Assembly (NCBI GenBank): GCA_964653635.1
Contig: CAZZGZ010000003.1
Coordinates: 8,438 to 72,437 of the forward strand
Source of the DNA: an uncultured Lachnospiraceae bacterium
Lineage (GTDB): Bacteria > Bacillota > Clostridia > Christensenellales > UBA1242
Direction of reading: 5' to 3'
DNA: 64,000 bases
A model generated the notes under the pieces. It made no database searches. It saw nothing but the letters and a program-made list of their open reading frames with translations, and was not told where the DNA came from. This document shows positions 42,601 through 46,622 of this stretch, one piece after another (the first letter of the stretch is position 1; each line of letters begins with the position of its first letter). Both the position numbers and the translations under genes were made by a program.

Positions 42601-43079
42601 GGTGTCGATATCGTGCTTTTGCTAGTGTTTTCATAGTGGTCAAAAACATAATCCTGCCCTTTGACTAGGGTTGTGCCATTTGCTTTTAAAACAAAACTTG
42701 GAGTAATCGCTGTGCCTGTGTACTCAAAATAATTTTGACTTGTGGTCAAGGTATATTTAGAAATATCACTTGTTATTGAAAAATATGCCGTTTTACTTCC
42801 CGTGTAACCACTTCCCTCTACTGCCGTGATCGTCACACTTGCTGTGCCGATATCCGTGTTGTCAGAATATTCAATGGTGTAATCGGTTCCAAGGGTGAGG
42901 ACTGCGTCGTCATATTTCACAACGACATTTGGAAGTATTTCACTCCCTGTATACAATTGCTCCTCAATCCCAACTGATGCAAACGACAAGTTTTTCTCAG
43001 TGTCCGAGTCGCCAGAGGCGACAGATTTTGCCGCACTAAGTGCGGCAGAGTTTAGATTGAGGTGAAGCGCAGGACGCAC
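33648..43079 (-). CDS. Giant (3143 aa as called) surface adhesin-like protein. From N- to C-terminus it has two Ig-like modules, a DUF6273/C-type-lectin-like WLRS...VRPAL domain, about 28 further Ig-like modules, and a C-terminal TM anchor. Its 5' end is contiguous with the DGR template repeat.
   Basis: The module consensus is YTG..I.P.V.....L..GTDYT..YSNN.N.GTA.VTITG.GNY.GT. The C-terminal helix is WIYITLIAVLSDIIVILAVSGII, followed by RRKK. The called GTG start at 43079 lies inside the TR. There is no signal peptide, and the first ATG codon is residue 223. The true start is uncertain. Confidence 0.75.
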   Translation of the reverse strand: MRPALHLNLNSAALSAAKSVASGDSDTEKNLSFASVGIEEQLYTGSEILPNVVVKYDDAVLTLGTDYTIEYSDNTDIGTASVTITAVEGSGYTGSKTAYFSITSDISKYTLTTSQNYFEYTGTAITPSFVLKANGTTLVKGQDYVFDHYENTSKSTISTPSDAGVYYVVVKGTGNYSGTVRILYTITTVGDIYLSSQNKFDKANLSKLLKVISNDSTVTVDNMSAISTLAESTLNATGIRENDYAGKTSDNDILVTFGGLVWQVMYLSKDSDGNDILTLWLANSTSTSTWSSGWYSTSTGVTYPSNMYGTSYIRAVTLNGGGEYATSNTETLTATQSETNEFAKFTMTDIAGSLTKYLVTPSKISWQETQSSKTIQNTTYNYSNDAYSTSMADTGFYSSTYNYASILGSDTWANDYLWLPSVAETGYSSSYVGLWGTSTSQRSNVTYSSWLRSAVYNSASTTYYLDLGGASYTSSNVNIAYAVRPALHLNLNAAVEDADERDLESVDLVFEDVDWTGEEVSPVIVFGNYVLTEGTDYTITKIGDNVSVGIVSVTITGDGDYYSTLSFEFRIIKEITADHFEFAHVSSVQWTGSTFIVDVTVKDVDTDLTLTENTDYTLAFSSNTAAGSTVTITIAGMGCYYGSATSTFTITQRDITGETISISNIADQSYTGSAITPSFTVTDTGASKTTLTGTDYTYLFSENTNAGTATLTITGLGNYTGTRSTTFYIAPISLSSGTLTLSDTSFVYNGEENIPTVTMVAGGTTLTEGKDYTLTYHFSTADGEVVTNPTEVGTYYVILTGIGNYTSSKSATFSINKGTITADSITMSSSATIYNKEEQTPTFSVSVEGRTLEQTTDFTYAWYLGSTSGDVVTSLRDAGTYYLVITGCGSYTGTATKIFTISKLDITGGSITYEGDASTEIFYAGEAVTLTIQSVVTSYSNGSVVVESEGYTCTYSNNTSAGTATIVLTGVGNYQGTISKNFVISPGVLSSFTITIGENSGTALEVEYSGTAISPIIQVFDANGKVVSADDYSVTYSPSDFVNAGFVGVSIYAKQNGSSYNYSGSLAGSITIKALDISTSATASVTSTHTYDGTSQIPTFTVSYNGNELVSGTDYTYSCSDNVNASDSAKILITFTGNFTGSFTQTFTILKKDISLTTVEVADYEYTGSQIKPSVSVYDNINSVKTLLTSGTDYTITSYGENISVGNGSVTITGSGNYQGTKEITFNITSQTLASAVVNAPDVVYNGETNKTTISVVLGGTTLIENTDYTLVFSDDLINVGVVSVTITGMGSYTGLKVVTYQITARNLSNVTLTISGTYTFDRKEKTPTFTATDEDLNYTLDTDDYSVSYLNNINAGSATLTLTGKGNYTGTVSEQFTIIADTISSVTLESYSATYNAQAHEVKITSVTSKGGLTVLENEYRVGYSASLVNAGTITITISSATGNFEGTATCKFVINKAEILAVSLVSISATYDGNTHQPTISRVLAEGGLVLGVNEYDVSYYRGNSQTTDYTSAGTITVKINATENSNFKNGDGEIAVNFSISTVNINDLTIDYYDAISKEINNGDQTYVGHSVKPIITFVNHANEKVELTVTTDYTFGISNANGLSLEIFSEVGDYVVTTTGTGNFTGVVTKTYKVVARELIGSEMKYTITDKTYTGSAIELTSSDLTLQIYMSDKDGITGYQTLSWGTDFAIFTGYYDLDNEIGYDSEEEAKEAGATNILEVTDGYYANTDAGKANVFFKGINNFTSVVSLIFTINPAPITDAVVTLDDTTLTYDGTEKTPAVLSVVLDSKMLTVNLEYSITYSNNVNAGENALVTITGVNNYTGTVTATFTIEQRDISEASVVTLADLVYNASSRKQDVNLSFNGLGLVLSSDYTIQYQRYEGSDYNETSDFVNVGRIRIVITGIGNFKNTTSIEYSITPLSLTSSTITKNGTLSGGKYVLTDETYTGSITSKSITLTFNSTSLIENTDYSVSYSSDRINVGTVTITVSGLGNFADDLSFVYQIVTADISDTSRFEISLAQTEFVYTGSEITTTITIKDGETSISSFSTTYLNNINVTYSDGEVIAGAYVTITGTGNYTGTVSRSFKITPLTITSDTVTKGTISDVVYNGLERKLVPILTLGEVTLVENTDFTIAYKCLDGENYVATTDFINVGTIYIVVTGCGNFSGTINTYSYSITPASIDDSTRFTTTFDNLSFVYTGNEITLSFEIVDKTRNVSLSTANFDISYLNNINVAYENEVVTSGASITITGKGNYTGSITQNFTITPKSLADSDISIRPIAEQGYTGGEVTPNVIIVYNSILYTNTDATTPFTLSYSNNTNYGTATVIINGCGNFCEQTSTTFKISQSVASTTSFEIVVESGEYIFTGSAIKPNVTVKFVGSESELSADYYDVSYENNISAGVDTARIIVVFKENYVGTMSSSFTISARDIDDTSVSISTIDDITYDGQSHIVTPEIKLNSYVLTSNDFVCSYSTSSFVDVQTITITIKGTNNFSGTTERTYSILAKSLADSDIVVTITDSKIVYTGSEIQPSFTVKYGYITLENGVDFTVSYANNINAGTGTLTITAKSSNFVGDSQKNITFEIAKKTLEYSMLTEISSQTYTGYEIKPDLTIIYGSITLESGTDYEATYSNNIDYGVATVVVTACANGNYYGTFNAQFNILRLSLVNATITGVENSYYFSGHEINPEIEVHVFGYFEEDGQTQKKLTSGVDYIVGYSEDCLNAGEKTITITGQGNFKDLKSITFVVNKIDLSEATISGFEESLTYNYGDYVTQEISLSMDEVEIEVANYIVTYVDNLNAGTATMTVSSNNENIIGSITKEFTITKADPILTIGEDLSAFVGTSVSITLASGDTEGEFTFTPNKITAGSNSYSYIFTPTDRNNYNTITGSVTIEGINIVIDRIEATSSENLVDGNAFNISTISVKAIYNNGDTEDIINFSTNVADGETLSLQQDLIISYTNTATERTYECSLEVLRRTITQGEFTFENTDGFANDVQLVVQEITDGIEIYETLGENYNKIKNIEKVIVATLQSDDGTTQQLEGLSISFDVSEYEDDTAFYILQNGELVKLNVSNGKINLESGSQITLVVAKVKDEGGNKWIYITLIAVLSDIIVILAVSGIIRRKKMKTMDNSSNMSE
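34700..41600 (-). repeat. Tandem array of about 28 divergent ~85-95-aa Ig-like coding modules (approximate bounds)
   Basis: The G(T/V/K)DY(T/S)..Y..N...G.A and ITG.GNY.G signatures recur through the translated ORF. Confidence 0.7.
41604..41732 (-). repeat. VR-like segment homologous to the DGR template repeat (residues W450-N492 of the giant ORF); not a clean cognate VR
   Basis: It aligns without gaps to 43050..43178, codon for codon over 43 codons. 12 of the 15 TR Asn codons in the 25-codon variable core are replaced (V,Y,S,S,T,Y,D,Y,T,S,S,I). However, 33 of the 49 nucleotide mismatches are not at TR adenines. Confidence 0.6.
41604..42332 (-). other. DUF6273 / DUF1566-like (C-type-lectin-fold-like) domain whose C-terminal strands carry the VR-like segment
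   Basis: FGGLVWQVMYL...ILTLWLAN...DYLWLPSVAE...SWLRSA...YAVRPALHLNL. This pattern matches the W.vL / FLLS.xE / WWLRS / GVRPAL layout I recall for that family. Confidence 0.5.
43030..43046 (-). other. GC-rich hairpin 3 nt downstream of the TR
   Basis: GCCGCAC-TTA-GTGCGGC on the coding strand: a 7-bp perfect stem (6 G:C pairs) with a 3-nt loop, extendable by an A:T pair. It is not followed by a T run. It stands out in an AT-rich genome. Confidence 0.6.
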
Positions 43080-43178
43080 GGCGTAGGAATTATTGACATT
43101 ATTATTGTTGTTACTTGAGCCGGAAGGGTTGAGATTATAACTATTATTGTAGTTATTGTTGTTGGCGGAGCGCAGCCA
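43050..43178 (-). repeat. DGR template repeat (TR), 129 nt
   Basis: Conceptual translation: WLRSANNNNYNNSYNLNPSGSSNNNNNVNNSYAVRPALHLNLN. 15 of the 25 core codons are AAC or AAT. It lies 112 nt downstream of avd and is homologous to 41604..41732. Confidence 0.8.
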
Positions 43179-43216
43179 AGGACCCTCGCATTGATAAAAA
43201 GTCTTTATCCACTCCT

Positions 43217-43246
43217 ATCTTAACACAAAGGTCATACTTTTTGCAA
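43217..43246 (-). promoter_or_regulatory. Possible promoter in the avd-TR spacer, followed by an AGGAG with no usable start codon
   Basis: On the minus strand: TTGCAA (43246-43241), an 18-nt spacer, then TAAGAT (43222-43217). AGGAG follows at 43216-43212, overlapping the in-frame TAG at 43217-43215. Confidence 0.3.
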
Positions 43247-43290
43247 CAAAATTTATCCCTACATATTTAATTTTATAGTATGTACTTAAT

Positions 43291-43725
43291 TTATTTTGCT
43301 TCCATCTGTTTTTTCGTGCTTCTTGCCCATCCCATCAAAAGTCTTCTGCATTCTTCGATTTGTGTAGCCATGACTGTCATTTGATGTAAGTTTATAGCCT
43401 GCATTTTCTTCGCCGTTTCAGCATAAAAATTGAGAAGACTGAGATTGACCGCCACTTTCTTTTGATATTCTAGTCGCATTTCGTTTCTCTCAAAATTTGC
43501 ACGATATAAATCTTCAATTATTTGTGTGGAACAATTTTGCAATCTTGCCACTATGCTCCATCTCAGTTTTTTTGGCGACTTTTCCGTGATAATAAAGATG
43601 TATTCGCTCAACTTTTTTGCATGAGTGAACACTGCAAGTTCTCTGTCACCCGTCATCGGTACTGCAACCTTAAAAGGCTTTCTTGCCACCTTGTTAGCGT
43701 CTATTTGTTTTTCTTCCATAATCAT
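43291..43725 (-). CDS. avd: DGR accessory variability determinant (Avd-like four-helix-bundle protein), 144 aa
   Basis: The ATG at 43725 overlaps the RT stop (ATGA). The sequence is helical: FTHAKKLSEYIFIITEKSPKKLRWSIVARLQNCSTQIIEDLYRAN...LLMGWARSTKK. This fits the recalled Avd / 23S-IVS four-helix-bundle family pattern. The track's 5' extension to 43842 lies inside the RT gene. Confidence 0.8.
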   Translation of the reverse strand: MIMEEKQIDANKVARKPFKVAVPMTGDRELAVFTHAKKLSEYIFIITEKSPKKLRWSIVARLQNCSTQIIEDLYRANFERNEMRLEYQKKVAVNLSLLNFYAETAKKMQAINLHQMTVMATQIEECRRLLMGWARSTKKQMEAK

Positions 43726-44915
43726 TCTCCTTTTTGTTTTTCCGTTTTGTTTAACGGCTTTAAAATCTCTTTTAATGGCTCTTGCAACTCTCTTTCCAAC
43801 TTGAAACAATTTGCGTGTTTCAAATGTCCATGAAATGCACAAAGTGATGCTTTTACTCTCTCTTTATCAATCGTACCATCTGCATACGCCCTTTTTAAAA
43901 GTCTTACCCGCCATCGCATCCTTTTCTTTGTCTTTTTTGCAACCTGCTTGATAAGTTTCCCACTCGGTGTTATATAGTAGCGAAATCCCAAGTATTTTAC
44001 CCCGTTTCGAAGGGGAAAAATTTGCGTTTTGGAGTTTAATTCTAGTCCAAGTTCGCTTACTTTTTTCTTAATCTCATCATATGCCCTCTCAATCACCGCT
44101 TTGTCTTTATCGATGAGTATAAAATCGTCCATATACCTTGAATATATCTTGATTTTAAGTTTTTCTTTTATAAAACAATCCAAACTATCCAAATAAAACA
44201 TCCCAAAAATTTGGCTCGTCTGATTGCCTATCGGAATACCTCTGCCAGTGCTGACAATTTTTTCATGTTGATTTTTCTTAGACTCACTTTTTGAATTTTG
44301 ATTAATTATAATCACATCATTGTTTTTATTTTCAGTCAAGGGTTTTATGTTGTTTTTTGCTAGATATTCTGGATTTGTATGATAACTGTCAATCACGTCC
44401 TCAATGAGTGTCCTTATATCCTTATCCTTTATGTGTTTGCAAATCACTTTTTTAAGTTTTTCATGCGGAATACTTGCAAAATATTTTTTTATGTCACATT
44501 TAAGCACCCATACGTCATCACCATTTTGTCGTATGTAAGTTCGTAGCATTTTTTCAAAACGAGCAAGGGCAAAATGCAGGCCTTTGCCTTTTTGACATAC
44601 ACAATTATCAAGTATCACCTTTTTTGTAAAATATGGTGCTAGAATGTCGTCACACAAAATATGTTGGACAATCCTGACATTATAATCTAGTGTTTGGATT
44701 TCCCGTTTCTTTGGCTCAAAAACTACAAAACTATGATACCTTCTTATCTTGAATTCCCGCTGTTTCAACTCCAAAAACAACTTTCTCAAATTTTCAAGCA
44801 TATTAAATTCAAATTTAACTATCGGTTTTTTATCCCTCTTGGCAAGTCTTGCCCTTAGGTGTGCTTTATAAATGTTTTCAAAAGAAAAAACATCGTCATA
44901 TTTGCAATCAATCAC
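43722..44915 (-). CDS. DGR-type reverse transcriptase
   Basis: RT motifs in order: FEPKKREIQ, ILDNCVCQKGKG, LKCDIKKYFASI, GIPIGNQTSQIFGMFYL (the DGR hallmark [ILV]GxxxSQ), and YSRYMDDFILI (YMDD). GTG start. An Asn/Lys-rich insertion precedes motif 4. Confidence 0.9.
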   Translation of the reverse strand: MIDCKYDDVFSFENIYKAHLRARLAKRDKKPIVKFEFNMLENLRKLFLELKQREFKIRRYHSFVVFEPKKREIQTLDYNVRIVQHILCDDILAPYFTKKVILDNCVCQKGKGLHFALARFEKMLRTYIRQNGDDVWVLKCDIKKYFASIPHEKLKKVICKHIKDKDIRTLIEDVIDSYHTNPEYLAKNNIKPLTENKNNDVIIINQNSKSESKKNQHEKIVSTGRGIPIGNQTSQIFGMFYLDSLDCFIKEKLKIKIYSRYMDDFILIDKDKAVIERAYDEIKKKVSELGLELNSKTQIFPLRNGVKYLGFRYYITPSGKLIKQVAKKTKKRMRWRVRLLKRAYADGTIDKERVKASLCAFHGHLKHANCFKLERELQEPLKEILKPLNKTEKQKGE

Positions 44916-45114
44916 AAAAATTTTTTACTCCATTACAATTTTAACATAAAACATATAAAATCAAAAATTTTTTAAATTCTTGACGTAAAAATGCGTATTT
45001 ACAATTAAAAACTTACAATTTTCAATTTAAAATCATGATATGTGCTTGTCTGAAAACAAGGGCAATTTGGTAGAAAACTAAATTTAGTAATGTTTTTAAA
45101 TTTGACAAATTCAC

Positions 45115-45140
45115 AAAAAAAGACTCCTATATAAGAGTCC
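45115..45140 (-). terminator. Weak intrinsic terminator after ORF 45160..45549
   Basis: On the minus strand: GGACTC-TTATATAG-GAGTCT (6 bp including one G:U pair), followed by TTTTTTT. Confidence 0.4.
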
Positions 45141-45159
45141 TTAAATTATTATACTAGAC

Positions 45160-45549
45160 TTAAAAGTCTTGAGTTTTTTCATTTAAAAATTCTGCCTCGA
45201 TAGCTTCTGCTCTATCAACAATGTCCCTAAGTTGCAAATGACTTACGGTCGATTTAGAAATATTGAATACATTTACTGGATAATAATACTGAGCAAAATC
45301 TGTCAATGAATATATCCTAAAATCATCTGTCCCTAAAAAATTACGTATTGGATTGCGTAAATCACCGCTTACATCCAAAATTATCTGTTCTGGATAGAGG
45401 ATTTTTATTTTCTCTTTGTTATTGTTGTATATGTATGGATAAACTCTCCCTCGCATCCTATCAATTATCCAAAAAATTTTGTAAATACTATAATTCATTT
45501 CATCTCCTTGTATGTAGCCTATTATATCAAAGCTTGTTTTATTTGTCAA
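45160..45549 (-). CDS. Hypothetical protein (129 aa)
   Basis: An ORF between ftsY and the DGR RT. No recognisable motif. Confidence 0.45.
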   Translation of the reverse strand: MTNKTSFDIIGYIQGDEMNYSIYKIFWIIDRMRGRVYPYIYNNNKEKIKILYPEQIILDVSGDLRNPIRNFLGTDDFRIYSLTDFAQYYYPVNVFNISKSTVSHLQLRDIVDRAEAIEAEFLNEKTQDF

Positions 45550-45583
45550 GGATAAAAAATAACAATTTCAAAACTTTATGCCA

Positions 45584-46483
45584 TTATTCAAACAACCCAT
45601 CCACAAAATCTGTGGCTGAAAATAGCTCTAAATCTTCCTCTTGCTCCCCAACACCTATAAACACAACGGGCTTGTTATACTCTTTCTCTATGGAAATAAT
45701 CACTCCCCCTTTTGCCGTTCCATCAAGTTTTGTCAATATGATACCATCTATGTTTACTGCACTATCAAATGCGGAAATCTGATTGAGTGCATTTTGACCT
45801 GTGGTTGCATCTAGCACAATGAAAGTGTAGTGATGAGCTTCTTTATATTCACGATGTGAAATCTTCTCTATCTTTTTAAGTTCTTCCATTAAATTAGTCT
45901 TTGTGTGCAATCTTCCTGCAGTGTCCACAATCAAAACGTCAGTCCCTTTGGCTTTGGCACTTGAAATACCATCAAACACAACAGAGGCAGAATCTGCCCC
46001 TTCTTCATGCTTGATAATGCGGGATTTTGTACGCTTTGCCCATTCAGCTAACTGATTTGAAGCTGCTGCACGAAAGGTATCACCTGCAACAAGTGTCACG
46101 CTTTTGCCTTTATCCTTGAAAAATCTTGCAAGCTTGCCAATAGTGGTAGTCTTGCCAACACCATTTACTCCAACAATGGTGATAATAGCTGGATACTCTA
46201 TTTCTACTTTTGGAGCATTTTCAAGCATTTCTGTTAGTACCTTTTTTAGTGCTAACTTGACATCATTTGAAGTTCGCAGTTTTTCCTTATGTGCCTGTGT
46301 GCGTAAACTCTCTACTATTTCAAAACTGACTTGGCCACCTATATCAGAAGAAATCAGTATCTCTTCAAGTTCCTCATAAAATTCGTCATTTAATTCACCA
46401 TGACTTAGTAGCGAATCTATCTTTCTACTAAAACTATCCTTTGTCTTTTTTAGTGCCTCTTTAAATTTTTTAAATAATCCCAT
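45584..46483 (-). CDS. ftsY: Signal recognition particle receptor FtsY (short form, NG domain only)
   Basis: GVNGVGKTTTIGKLA, LVAGDTFRAAA, LIVDTAGRLH, and TKLDGTAKGG. Confidence 0.95.
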   Translation of the reverse strand: MGLFKKFKEALKKTKDSFSRKIDSLLSHGELNDEFYEELEEILISSDIGGQVSFEIVESLRTQAHKEKLRTSNDVKLALKKVLTEMLENAPKVEIEYPAIITIVGVNGVGKTTTIGKLARFFKDKGKSVTLVAGDTFRAAASNQLAEWAKRTKSRIIKHEEGADSASVVFDGISSAKAKGTDVLIVDTAGRLHTKTNLMEELKKIEKISHREYKEAHHYTFIVLDATTGQNALNQISAFDSAVNIDGIILTKLDGTAKGGVIISIEKEYNKPVVFIGVGEQEEDLELFSATDFVDGLFE

Positions 46484-46622
46484 TTTCTACTTCCACTCCA
46501 TAAATGATAAAATTTTAAAATTTTGCCTAAAAATTCGTTAAAAAATTGAATAAAATCTCACTTTTCTTGCATTTTTGCACAAAAAAGTTATAAAGCGTCA
46601 TTTTTTTTGTCGTCAATTTTAT

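Larger units (their letters stand above)
43030..44915 (-). mobile_element. Diversity-generating retroelement cassette (RT-avd-TR-hairpin)
   Basis: The four components above lie on one strand in a contiguous block. Confidence 0.85.

Noticed and set aside
33648-43079. Repetitive DNA that might be a CRISPR array or satellite
   Set aside because: The periodicity is ~260-280 nt and lies within one long open reading frame encoding divergent Ig-like modules. There is no short direct-repeat and spacer structure.
43726-43842. A 5' extension of the Avd ORF (track ORF 43291..43842, 183 aa)
   Set aside because: The extra 39 codons lie entirely within the RT coding region in another frame. The internal ATG at 43725 forms an ATGA junction with the RT stop and gives a typical ~140-aa Avd.
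43722-44915. The RT as a group II intron maturase or retron RT
   Set aside because: The IGNQTSQ motif, the coupled Avd-like gene and the adjacent adenine-rich repeat point to a DGR. I saw no intron domain V/VI-like RNA, no maturase X or endonuclease domain, and no msr/msd-like inverted repeats.
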